Shown here piece by piece: positions 1 through 7,237 of a stretch of DNA of 64,000 nt. Below the pieces are notes generated by a model. That model ran no database searches. It saw only the letters and a program-made list of their open reading frames with translations, and was not told the DNA's origin. How positions within the stretch are numbered: the first letter of the stretch is position 1; each line of letters opens with the position of its first letter. The position numbers were made by a program, and so were the translations under genes. The stretch comes from a virus. The DNA lies in IMG/VR virus record IMGVR_UViG_3300032297_000199, positions 1-64,000 of that record. One strand, written 5' to 3'.

Positions 1-138
1 CCTGAGAACTTGACCTGCGATGGGGAACTTCCTCGCGCAGAGGTCAATCGGAGATATAAGGAGTTGATGACCGCGGCCAAGCAACTCAAGAAGTTGGACC
101 CTGCTGTTAAGTTCTACGAATACGAAACGGAGATCTAA
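1..138 (+). CDS. 3' end of phage hypothetical protein (truncated by window)
   Basis: Frame 1 is open from base 1 (PENLTCDGELPRAEV...YETEI) to TAA 136-138. Confidence 0.7.
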   Translation, partial: PENLTCDGELPRAEVNRRYKELMTAAKQLKKLDPAVKFYEYETEI

Positions 139-139
139 G

Positions 140-289
140 ATGATGTCAGAACGCGAATTGCTCTTGGACTGGGTTCTCGAGCAGATCCAACAGGATGTAA
201 AAAACGCAGACTTCACAGCGATCTACGAAATGCTGTTGGAACTGCCAGACGAGACACTGATGGCCTACTTGCCCGACGAAAAGCGATAA
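140..289 (+). CDS. small hypothetical protein (49 aa, not in ORF track)
   Basis: Manual translation MMSERELLLDW...LPDEKR*; GGAG upstream; fits between the previous stop and the next promoter. Confidence 0.7.
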   Translation: MMSERELLLDWVLEQIQQDVKNADFTAIYEMLLELPDETLMAYLPDEKR

Positions 290-298
290 CCCTAGAGG

Positions 299-327
299 TT
301 GACAGGGCTTTGATTTGGTGCTATAAT
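299..327 (+). promoter_or_regulatory. sigma70-type early promoter P1 (cassette)
   Basis: TTGACA 299-304, 17 nt, TATAAT 322-327; preceded by CCCTAGAGG, followed by ACACACATACACTAACAAGGAG. Confidence 0.9.
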
Positions 328-354
328 ACACACATACACTAACAAGGAGCAGAG

Positions 355-693
355 ATGTACAAAGTAAATGTAACACTAAACACAGGCGGTGGTGGCTACT
401 GGAGCAACACTAAAACGGCAGTAGAGATTACACGACTGCAACTTGCATACACAAACGACGAACTGGACTTTGGCGAGTTGCGTGTGTATTTTAAAACAAA
501 CACTTGGGATGTCAATAAGCTGGGTCTTATATACACAGACAAACAGTTTATGCAAGAGCTCAAAGAACTGTTGACCGCTAAGGGCTTTGACGCTAGCGAT
601 GTAAGCTATAGCGAGCAAGGGATGCAAGGGGACAACTATGTGTCCTGCGATGTAGGTGAGTGCTTTATTAACACATTTATGGAGAACGCATGA
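355..693 (+). CDS. early hypothetical protein
   Basis: ORF with AAGGAG RBS directly after P1. Confidence 0.85.
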   Translation: MYKVNVTLNTGGGGYWSNTKTAVEITRLQLAYTNDELDFGELRVYFKTNTWDVNKLGLIYTDKQFMQELKELLTAKGFDASDVSYSEQGMQGDNYVSCDVGECFINTFMENA

Positions 694-941
694 TCACAGC
701 AGACACACTCGAAGTCCTTGCGACCTACAGCCCACAGTACCTAACCAAAGCCGCGCAGAACGCAGGCTACAAGGGTCCCGTGTTTAGCTCATGCAAGTTC
801 CTGGGCATTACTAACGGCGGTCAGTTTGCTTATCTTGCAGTCTACCCTGTCAAGGACGGTACAGATAGTACTAAAGTATTCCTCACATATGACCACACAG
901 AGGATAGGGTCTTTGCAGACTATCAGTTGACAGAATGGTAA
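690..941 (+). CDS. early hypothetical protein
   Basis: ATGA overlap with the upstream gene. Confidence 0.8.
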   Translation: MITADTLEVLATYSPQYLTKAAQNAGYKGPVFSSCKFLGITNGGQFAYLAVYPVKDGTDSTKVFLTYDHTEDRVFADYQLTEW

Positions 942-955
942 AACCATGTTATAAT
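927..955 (+). promoter_or_regulatory. sigma70-type early promoter P2
   Basis: TTGACA 927-932, 17 nt, TATAAT 950-955; overlaps the end of the upstream CDS. Confidence 0.9.
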
Positions 956-984
956 TAACACATACACACTAAGGAGCATTTGAA

Positions 985-1398
985 ATGGGAACACGAAGCA
1001 CTATCGCACTTGAGTTTGCAGACGGCACAGTTCAGCAAGTCTACTGTCACTGGGACGGCTACCTCGAGCACAACGGACAGATCCTGCAGAATTACTACAT
1101 GGATCCTTTCAAAGTGCGCGACTTGATCGACCTGGGTGGCTTCTCTAGCTTGGACAAAACTGTTGAGGCAACTGCCGCTACTGCCTACACACAACGCGGT
1201 GAGACTAAGCGAGTTGAGAAGTTTATCGACTACGAGGACTACATTGAGAACCACCAGTATGAGGAATACGAGTACATCCTGCGCCAAGTAGAGGGCAAGG
1301 CTGTTTGGTTCGTTAAGTGCCACGACGATGACTATGTAACATTGGCGGAGGCTATTATGGATGAAAAAGATCGCATTGCACAAGAGGAGACTGAATAA
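985..1398 (+). CDS. conserved-looking phage hypothetical protein (MGTRS...YCHWDGY)
   Basis: AAGGAG RBS; motif recalled from phage early proteins; function unknown. Confidence 0.85.
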   Translation: MGTRSTIALEFADGTVQQVYCHWDGYLEHNGQILQNYYMDPFKVRDLIDLGGFSSLDKTVEATAATAYTQRGETKRVEKFIDYEDYIENHQYEEYEYILRQVEGKAVWFVKCHDDDYVTLAEAIMDEKDRIAQEETE

Positions 1399-1580
1399 TG
1401 AGCGTGATGAAAGATTTGAGCTACGACATTCAAGAACTGTACATTGAGGGCTTCAATAGCCGTGCAATCGCAGAAGAACTAGGGTGCCCCATTGAGATTG
1501 TTCTGGGCGCATTGGAAGCTATGAGTGTGGCAGATACGCCACAGGAGGATGAGATCTATAGTCCATACTTTGGCGCTTAA
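1398..1580 (+). CDS. small acidic protein, possible HTH
   Basis: GGAG RBS, TAATG coupling; SRAIAEELGCPIEIV resembles an HTH. Confidence 0.75.
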   Translation: MSVMKDLSYDIQELYIEGFNSRAIAEELGCPIEIVLGALEAMSVADTPQEDEIYSPYFGA

Positions 1581-1593
1581 TTTCAAAAAACGG

Positions 1594-1622
1594 TTGACAC
1601 CACCGTCCAAAGGTGTTATAAT
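1594..1622 (+). promoter_or_regulatory. sigma70-type early promoter P3
   Basis: TTGACA 1594-1599, 17 nt, TATAAT 1617-1622. Confidence 0.9.
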
Positions 1623-1678
1623 TTAATTAATGCGAAATAGTTCGCAGAAGACATACACACATACACAAGGAGTCTATT

Positions 1679-2068
1679 ATGTCACAATTTTCACATGCTG
1701 GTGTTTCTCGTTTGAACGGTGAGTTCAAAGTTCGTTTCTGTAACGATGCTCTGCGTCAAAAGGTCTTGATCAAGAACGGTCACAAAGACATTGACATCAT
1801 CGAGTTGAAGAACCCAATGACCAAAGAGGAAGCTGTTGCATTCCTGTTGTCTATCAACTTTGATAACGGCAACAAAGAAGTTCGTGCTGCTCTTGAAGCT
1901 GCACAGACTAAGCGAGCACCTAAGACAACTACAGCTCCCAAGGCCAAAGCTAAGAGCAAGCCTACAATGGAAGCTATCAAAGCCAAGGCTGAGGTCAAAG
2001 CCAAAGCTGATAAGAAGGCCGCAGTGCCTAAGGTTGATATTTCTGCGTTGGAAGACGCACCTTACTGA
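1679..2068 (+). CDS. hypothetical protein with Lys/Ala-rich C-terminus (possible DNA-binding protein)
   Basis: AAGGAG RBS; basic AK-rich tail. Confidence 0.8.
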   Translation: MSQFSHAGVSRLNGEFKVRFCNDALRQKVLIKNGHKDIDIIELKNPMTKEEAVAFLLSINFDNGNKEVRAALEAAQTKRAPKTTTAPKAKAKSKPTMEAIKAKAEVKAKADKKAAVPKVDISALEDAPY

Positions 2069-2136
2069 TCCCCTGCAGTGTGAGGGCAGGCAATGTCAAT
2101 AAGTCCTGTTTCTATCTGTAACACTAGGAGCAACTA

Positions 2137-2316
2137 ATGCAACTGTTTCTTTTTACTGTCTTGATGATCCTATTGGTCATCTTTGGTCCGATCTTTACCA
2201 TTTGGTCAATCAACACATTGTTTCCCGTTGCAGATATTCCTTACACTATTGAAACTTGGGCGGCTGCTATCATTCTAGCAGGCGTCTTTAGGACTACAAT
2301 TAATAAGAAGGATTAA
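2137..2316 (+). CDS. small membrane protein (59 aa, not in ORF track)
   Basis: AGGAG RBS; MQLFLFTVLMILLVIFGPIFTIWSINTLF... with two hydrophobic segments. Confidence 0.75.
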   Translation: MQLFLFTVLMILLVIFGPIFTIWSINTLFPVADIPYTIETWAAAIILAGVFRTTINKKD

Positions 2317-2317
2317 G

Positions 2318-2536
2318 ATGAGCCGATTACAACTACATGGTAGACAATGGGTTGTCTTTGATGCAAAGAATCGAGAACACCGCAAGTGGTTTGCCAATTT
2401 CAATAAGACTGGTGCTTGGGGTCGTTGTCCTGTTCGATTCGTAGTCAATGATGATCACGGTGATCTCATTACCCAAATTCAACGCGAACTCATCGCACAC
2501 TATGTGGGCAAAGAGTTTGGTAAAATTGACGCTTGA
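2318..2536 (+). CDS. hypothetical protein
   Basis: ORF directly after the previous stop, AAGGA upstream. Confidence 0.8.
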   Translation: MSRLQLHGRQWVVFDAKNREHRKWFANFNKTGAWGRCPVRFVVNDDHGDLITQIQRELIAHYVGKEFGKIDA

Positions 2537-2561
2537 CCTTGTCCATTGATGTCTGTATACT
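2533..2561 (+). promoter_or_regulatory. sigma70-type promoter P4
   Basis: TTGACC 2533-2538, 17 nt, TATACT 2556-2561. Confidence 0.7.
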
Positions 2562-2601
2562 TGTTGTTAACTGCACAGCAGTATAAAACAAGGAAAACAA
2601 A

Positions 2602-2871
2602 ATGAAACATTTCAATCCAGAAACAAAGACTTTCAAGTTATTCAACGCAATGTACAACGGTGAAGCCGTTACAGCTAGTGCCGCTCAAAAGCGTTTTGGC
2701 ATCAAGAACATCAGCGCAGAAGTATCACGCATTCGCCAGAATGGTTATGCTGTCTACGCTAACACTCGTATCGCTGGCAACAACGCCAAGGTCACTGAGT
2801 ATGTTATCGGTAAGCCAAGCCGTGCAATCGTTGCCGCTGGCTACAAGGCATTGGCCGCTGGTCTAGTCTAA
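2602..2871 (+). CDS. putative winged-HTH DNA-binding protein
   Basis: AAGGA RBS; AQKRFGIKNISAEVSRIRQNGY pattern resembles a winged helix. Confidence 0.65.
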   Translation: MKHFNPETKTFKLFNAMYNGEAVTASAAQKRFGIKNISAEVSRIRQNGYAVYANTRIAGNNAKVTEYVIGKPSRAIVAAGYKALAAGLV

Positions 2872-2916
2872 GAGATCGCTCCGAAGTCCCGGGGGTAGTG
2901 TCCCGGGCAAACCCCC

Positions 2917-2958
2917 GAACCCCGCCACGCTGTGAAGCCGTTGCGGGGTTCACCTTTT
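2917..2958 (+). terminator. rho-independent terminator / structured RNA
   Basis: GAACCCCGC...GCGGGGTTC stem followed by ACCTTTT. Confidence 0.65.
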
Positions 2959-2984
2959 GTGGCAAAAATACAACATCATTTCGG

Positions 2985-3013
2985 TTGACAAAGTGGTAAA
3001 ACCTTGTTATAAT
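2985..3013 (+). promoter_or_regulatory. sigma70-type early promoter P5
   Basis: TTGACA 2985-2990, 17 nt, TATAAT 3008-3013. Confidence 0.9.
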
Positions 3014-3039
3014 ACATACATCGCAACAAGGAGTTGATC

Positions 3040-3153
3040 ATGATAAAGTTGATAGGTTGGTTTACTGTTATTTGGGCCATGTTCTACTTTGGTATTGCCC
3101 AACTGATTGCAATCTACACTATGGTCGCCCTTTCTTTCATCGCAGGAGTTTAA
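3040..3153 (+). CDS. hydrophobic micro-protein (37 aa, not in ORF track)
   Basis: AAGGAG RBS after P5; MIKLIGWFTVIWAMFYFGIAQLIAIYTMVALSFIAGV*. Confidence 0.7.
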   Translation: MIKLIGWFTVIWAMFYFGIAQLIAIYTMVALSFIAGV

Positions 3154-3154
3154 C

Positions 3155-3367
3155 ATGGGATATCGCGTAATGGACACCACAGACATGATGCGTACCAAGT
3201 ATGGCCCACGCCCAGGCCTAGAAGGTCCGTTCAACTTCTCGGGCAGAGTGTTGTATTATGACAACAAAGAAGGTCTGTACTACGATCCTACTACAGACTT
3301 CTATGTGTTCAAAGAAGAGATGGACATCATCAACAATCAATTTATGGAGAAGTTCAAAAGTGTCTAA
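3155..3367 (+). CDS. hypothetical protein (start moved to MGYRV)
   Basis: AGGAG RBS before ATG 3155; YYDNKEGLYYDP motif. Confidence 0.8.
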   Translation: MGYRVMDTTDMMRTKYGPRPGLEGPFNFSGRVLYYDNKEGLYYDPTTDFYVFKEEMDIINNQFMEKFKSV

Positions 3368-3557
3368 CATTACAATCCGTCCTGAACTCAACCCGTTGGA
3401 AGTTATCCTAGTCGAAGAGTACATGACCAAACACTCGCCCAATGTCACACACTATACAATGACCAAGGGCAACGAGTGCATCTGGGTGTACTACGGAAGT
3501 ATTAACAAATATTTCATCTTTAAGGGTGGCAAATTGGTTGACATCCAGATAGATTGA
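3360..3557 (+). CDS. hypothetical protein (GTG start)
   Basis: In-frame GTG at 3360 with GGAG upstream; C-terminal part of track ORF 3258..3557. Confidence 0.6.
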   Translation: MSNITIRPELNPLEVILVEEYMTKHSPNVTHYTMTKGNECIWVYYGSINKYFIFKGGKLVDIQID

Positions 3558-3566
3558 TGTTATAAT
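3538..3566 (+). promoter_or_regulatory. sigma70-type early promoter P6
   Basis: TTGACA 3538-3543, 17 nt, TATAAT 3561-3566; CA-rich leader and AAGGAG follow. Confidence 0.9.
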
Positions 3567-3594
3567 ACATACATACACTAACAAGGAGCACACA

Positions 3595-3888
3595 ATGGCT
3601 AAACTGTTAATCCAAACCCAAACATACGAGAACTACGGCGACATCGCCCAGCCCTACTGGAAGCCCAAGGGTGGTTCGGATTATGTGGTCAAGAAGTTCA
3701 AGGACTTCAACAAGGTCACTGAGACCGTAATGGCCCTGCGTGGCCAGATTGAGTGCGACAACGAGTTCTATCGCGAGTACATTATCAGCTTCGAAGTTGT
3801 GGCTGATGAATACCTCACAGACTTTGAGCGCGATCAATGGGAGTACGAAGGCTCCATCCGCTTCCCTGCTAAAGAGTTGGTTTGGTAA
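3595..3888 (+). CDS. early hypothetical protein
   Basis: RBS after P6; YWKPKGG motif. Confidence 0.85.
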   Translation: MAKLLIQTQTYENYGDIAQPYWKPKGGSDYVVKKFKDFNKVTETVMALRGQIECDNEFYREYIISFEVVADEYLTDFERDQWEYEGSIRFPAKELVW

Positions 3889-3900
3889 AGACCCTAGTGG

Positions 3901-3929
3901 TTGACAGGGCTTTGAAATCCTGTTATAAT
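3901..3929 (+). promoter_or_regulatory. sigma70-type early promoter P7 (cassette)
   Basis: CCCTAGTGG, TTGACA 3901-3906, 17 nt, TATAAT 3924-3929. Confidence 0.9.
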
Positions 3930-3953
3930 ACACACATACACTAAACAGGAGCA

Positions 3954-4187
3954 ATGATGTTAGCAGAACTTACACAACACGGTTTCTATGATGAGCGTCA
4001 CGGTGGTCCATATGATCGTGGTACCGCAGACAGCTACTACATGAGAGAGTTCAATCCTCACTATTATGTAGGCGATACCTACAAGAGCCCTAAGATTGAG
4101 ATGGCGCAGATGACAGCCGCAGAGATTGTGGCCTACACCGCAGGCTATACCAACAACGAAGCCAACGGCGATCACAAGGAGTATTGA
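3954..4187 (+). CDS. early hypothetical protein (HGGPYDRG..DSYY motif)
   Basis: AGGAG RBS after P7. Confidence 0.85.
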   Translation: MMLAELTQHGFYDERHGGPYDRGTADSYYMREFNPHYYVGDTYKSPKIEMAQMTAAEIVAYTAGYTNNEANGDHKEY

Positions 4188-4188
4188 T

Positions 4189-4272
4189 ATGCAAGCATAC
4201 ATCAACCTAGCTATTGTAATGATGCCCGTGATTGTCATGGGCTTGGCAATGATCATCGCAGGAGAGTTCTAA
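4189..4272 (+). CDS. hydrophobic micro-protein (27 aa, not in ORF track)
   Basis: AAGGAG RBS; MQAYINLAIVMMPVIVMGLAMIIAGEF*; TAATG coupling to the next gene. Confidence 0.65.
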   Translation: MQAYINLAIVMMPVIVMGLAMIIAGEF

Positions 4273-4484
4273 TGGAAATCCAATTCCGCACAGCCGAGCA
4301 GAGGCGCATTGCAGACCTTATGTGGGCCTGCCAGACCAATGAAGAAGTTAATGTGCTACTCCGTGCCTTTGGCCTAGAAGCCTACATTGTGCGGGAGATG
4401 CTGATTGCCGCTACCTACGATGAAGTAGAAGATGTGGCTTTTGCACAACAAGTCCTAAAACCCTTTAGGTTGACAGGTCTTTGA
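4272..4484 (+). CDS. hypothetical protein
   Basis: GGAG RBS; translationally coupled. Confidence 0.8.
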   Translation: MEIQFRTAEQRRIADLMWACQTNEEVNVLLRAFGLEAYIVREMLIAATYDEVEDVAFAQQVLKPFRLTGL

Positions 4485-4498
4485 AAAGACATTATAAT
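4470..4498 (+). promoter_or_regulatory. sigma70-type early promoter P8 (cassette)
   Basis: TTGACA 4470-4475, 17 nt, TATAAT 4493-4498. Confidence 0.9.
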
Positions 4499-4530
4499 AC
4501 ACACATACACTAACAAACAGGGAGCGCACA

Positions 4531-4917
4531 ATGTCTAAAGTAAATTATGATAACTTCTCCAGCTTCGACCTTAACGAATGCTGTGACCACTTCGACAGCG
4601 AGAAGTCTAGCAACTGGAAGAAGATTAACAAGTTCATCGTTGCAGATGGTCAAGAGTACCAGCACATTATGGAGACAGAGTTCGACTTCGAAGAAACAGG
4701 TGACGGCGAGTATGCGGCCTTCGAAGCAGGCGTCAAGTATGCCCTAACTAAGATGAACTTGGCACTAGAGGCCGCAGGCGTAGACATTCAGGTCTGCGAG
4801 GTGGACTTGGTAGAGAGCATGGGCTTCATCATGGTCCGTTGTGATGACGAGCCCGAGGACTTCGTTAAACGAGCATTGAAGAAGCCCGTGTTGATGGTAG
4901 AGAGCTGGGTAGATTAA
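4531..4917 (+). CDS. acidic early hypothetical protein
   Basis: GGGAG RBS after P8; D/E-rich. Confidence 0.85.
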   Translation: MSKVNYDNFSSFDLNECCDHFDSEKSSNWKKINKFIVADGQEYQHIMETEFDFEETGDGEYAAFEAGVKYALTKMNLALEAAGVDIQVCEVDLVESMGFIMVRCDDEPEDFVKRALKKPVLMVESWVD

Positions 4918-4929
4918 TAACCCTACTGG

Positions 4930-4958
4930 TTGACAGGTTATCAAATCGGTGCTATAAT
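4930..4958 (+). promoter_or_regulatory. sigma70-type early promoter P9 (cassette)
   Basis: CCCTACTGG, TTGACA 4930-4935, 17 nt, TATAAT 4953-4958. Confidence 0.9.
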
Positions 4959-4989
4959 ACACACATACACAAACAAACAAGGAAACACT

Positions 4990-5124
4990 ATGCAAAACAA
5001 AACAGTTCCATCAAGCACCGGCGGTGTTATCACTTACACCAAGACCGGACTGATCCACACCGCAGGCAAGGCCTACTCCGGCAAGATTGCCGCTCAAGAA
5101 GCTAAACAAACCAAAGGAAAATGA
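4990..5124 (+). CDS. small hypothetical protein (start moved to MQNKT)
   Basis: AAGGA RBS before ATG 4990; the track start lies inside the promoter. Confidence 0.7.
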   Translation: MQNKTVPSSTGGVITYTKTGLIHTAGKAYSGKIAAQEAKQTKGK

Positions 5125-5360
5125 AAATGAACAAGTATCAGAAACAAGCCCTCGTAGACATGGGCAAGGTCGTAATCGCAGTCGTGGCACTCATCGCCCT
5201 AGTCAACACCATCATCTTCCTGGGCATGTCAGCAGGTGATATTGTCGGTGCTGTGAGCCTTGTGCTCATGGGCTATGCTATCTATCAACTGTTCCTTATC
5301 CGTGTAGGACAATTGGAAAGCCAAGACCGTTTGGACGAGATGGAACGCAAATACAAATAA
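5121..5360 (+). CDS. membrane protein (2 TM)
   Basis: Two hydrophobic helices; ATGA coupling. Confidence 0.8.
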   Translation: MKMNKYQKQALVDMGKVVIAVVALIALVNTIIFLGMSAGDIVGAVSLVLMGYAIYQLFLIRVGQLESQDRLDEMERKYK

Positions 5361-5369
5361 CCCTACTGG

Positions 5370-5398
5370 TTGACAGGTTATTGAAAAGGCGTTATAAT
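5370..5398 (+). promoter_or_regulatory. sigma70-type early promoter P10 (cassette)
   Basis: CCCTACTGG, TTGACA 5370-5375, 17 nt, TATAAT 5393-5398. Confidence 0.9.
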
Positions 5399-5426
5399 AC
5401 ATACACACTAACACAAAGGAGCTGAC

Positions 5427-5786
5427 ATGTTTGCAATCGCAGAAAAAGAGACTTTTAACGCAGAAGCTGTTCAAGACGCCCTCAACGAAGCTGGTATGGC
5501 TGCTCGTACTGCCGCTAAGGCATTCTACGACAAGCATGGCGATCGTGACGCTTGTGGCTTTGCGTGGGTCAACATCTACGGTGTCCGTTCAAACAGCCGT
5601 TTGGGCAAGACACTTCAGAGCTATGGCTTCCGCAAGGACTACACCGGTAGTCTCCAACTGTGGAACCCATCCAAAGCAGGCTCACAGAGCATCTCAATCC
5701 TGGAAGCAGGTGCAGAAGCCTACGCTCAAGTCTTGCGTGACAAGCTGGGCTTGGACAAGGTCTACGCAGGATCGCGTTTGGACTAA
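5427..5786 (+). CDS. conserved-looking phage hypothetical protein (CGFAWV motif)
   Basis: AAGGAG RBS after P10. Confidence 0.85.
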   Translation: MFAIAEKETFNAEAVQDALNEAGMAARTAAKAFYDKHGDRDACGFAWVNIYGVRSNSRLGKTLQSYGFRKDYTGSLQLWNPSKAGSQSISILEAGAEAYAQVLRDKLGLDKVYAGSRLD

Positions 5787-5802
5787 TAAGACTGTAGGGC
5801 AC

Positions 5803-5831
5803 TTGACAAAAGTGCCTTATGGTGTTATAAT
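5803..5831 (+). promoter_or_regulatory. sigma70-type promoter P11 with an inverted repeat over the -35 box
   Basis: TTGACA 5803-5808, 17 nt, TATAAT 5826-5831; TAGGGCACTT/AAGTGCCTTA inverted repeat. Confidence 0.9.
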
Positions 5832-5859
5832 ACAATTTTAACGCAACAAAGGAAACAAA

Positions 5860-6732
5860 ATGGCTACAGCAAAAAGACAAGCTCCCAGCAAAGGTTCTAC
5901 TGTTTTGGAGTTCGACACTGATGCTATCAAGCGTCGTGAAAAGGAAGTGGCTCGTGAGACTGATGCTGAGATCTACGAGCGCCTTGCAGAACGATTTGAG
6001 ATTCTGGACGAGATGACCAAGGCTGTTAAGAGTGGCGATGTGCGAGCGATGATCGTATCGGGACCACCCGGTGTTGGTAAATCCTTTGGTGTAGAGAAAG
6101 TCCTGCAAAAGGCTGACTTGTTTAACACCTTGGCAGAGAAGAAGCCCAAGTTCGAAGTTGTCAAGGGTGCCATGTCCAGCATTGGACTCTATGCTAAGTT
6201 GTACGAGTTTGCCGAGAAAGGCAATGTGGTTGTGTTTGATGACTGCGACAGTATCCTTATGGAAGACTTGAGCTTGAACATCCTCAAGGGTGCTTTGGAT
6301 AGCAGTGAGCGCCGTTTCATTAGCTGGAACACAGACAGCCGCATCTTGCGTAGTGAAGGTATCCCAGATCGTTTCGAGTTCAAGGGTGCCGCTATCTTCA
6401 TTACCAACATCAAGTTCGAGCATGTCAAGTCTAAGCGTCTGCGTGATCACTTGGATGCATTGGAAAGCCGTTGCCACTACATTGACTTGGCTATTGATAC
6501 TAACCGTGAGAAGATCTTGCGTATCAAGCAGGTAGTCAACGACAACGACATGTTGGCTCGCTACGACTTTGAGCAGTGCATCAAGGACGAGATCGTTGAG
6601 TTTGTGGAAGCTAACCAAGAGCGCCTCCGTGAGCTGAGCCTGCGTATGGTACTCAAGCTAGCAGACCTGCGTAAGAGCTTCCCAGCAAGTTGGAAGGCAA
6701 TGGCCAAGACCACTTGCATGAAGCGAGTCTAA
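5860..6732 (+). CDS. AAA+ ATPase
   Basis: Walker A GPPGVGKS, Walker B VVVFDD, sensor-1-like ITN, Arg-finger-like ALESRC. Confidence 0.9.
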   Translation: MATAKRQAPSKGSTVLEFDTDAIKRREKEVARETDAEIYERLAERFEILDEMTKAVKSGDVRAMIVSGPPGVGKSFGVEKVLQKADLFNTLAEKKPKFEVVKGAMSSIGLYAKLYEFAEKGNVVVFDDCDSILMEDLSLNILKGALDSSERRFISWNTDSRILRSEGIPDRFEFKGAAIFITNIKFEHVKSKRLRDHLDALESRCHYIDLAIDTNREKILRIKQVVNDNDMLARYDFEQCIKDEIVEFVEANQERLRELSLRMVLKLADLRKSFPASWKAMAKTTCMKRV

Positions 6733-6959
6733 TGCAACGGCTAGCCATATACGCTACCCTAGGGCTACTACTGAGTGCCCTAGGGCACAATTGGGACAGC
6801 TGGCAGTTCTGGTGTGTGCTGGCGCTGTTCATATGCAGTGATCACCTAGCCCGTAGAGAAGGATACGAACTGGGCATGGTGTTCGTGGCCACATTACCCG
6901 ATGCACAACTAAGCAAGATACGAGCAGAAGTAGACAAGATACTAAAGGACAAGCAATGA
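6732..6959 (+). CDS. membrane protein (start at MQRLAI)
   Basis: TAATG coupling; hydrophobic N-terminal half. Confidence 0.7.
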   Translation: MQRLAIYATLGLLLSALGHNWDSWQFWCVLALFICSDHLARREGYELGMVFVATLPDAQLSKIRAEVDKILKDKQ

Positions 6960-7237
6960 TTGATACATGTACATACATAGGCAGCACAGACGACAGTGTG
7001 TACGCACGCCTACAGCCTACATGCTGCCAGCCTACAGTAGCAGGGCGCTCGTACTGTGCAGAGCACTTGTTCGTAGTCTACAAAGAGGGCAGTGCCAAGC
7101 CTCGTCGCAAGAAGGATGAACGAACTGCTGCCGCTGTGTGGGACTTGGAGTCAGAGTTCAATGCCGCTGTGCAAGAACTGGCTGAAGAAGGCTACAACTT
7201 CGATGAACCAATCTGGGAGGTGGAGGAGGAGGCCTGA
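6956..7237 (+). CDS. small Cys/His-containing hypothetical protein
   Basis: C...CC...YCAEH putative zinc site; ATGA coupling. Confidence 0.75.
   Translation: MIDTCTYIGSTDDSVYARLQPTCCQPTVAGRSYCAEHLFVVYKEGSAKPRRKKDERTAAAVWDLESEFNAAVQELAEEGYNFDEPIWEVEEEA

Noticed and set aside
2895-2955. c-di-GMP-I riboswitch (GGCAAACC)
   Set aside because: Only the short word matches; the remaining consensus architecture is not evident
285-5430. Repeated cassette read as a CRISPR array
   Set aside because: The repeats are degenerate promoters separated by whole genes of variable length; no cas genes
5569-6618. 349-aa minus-strand ORF and other antisense ORFs in the track
   Set aside because: Shadows of well-supported opposite-strand genes with biased codon use; no motifs or expression signals
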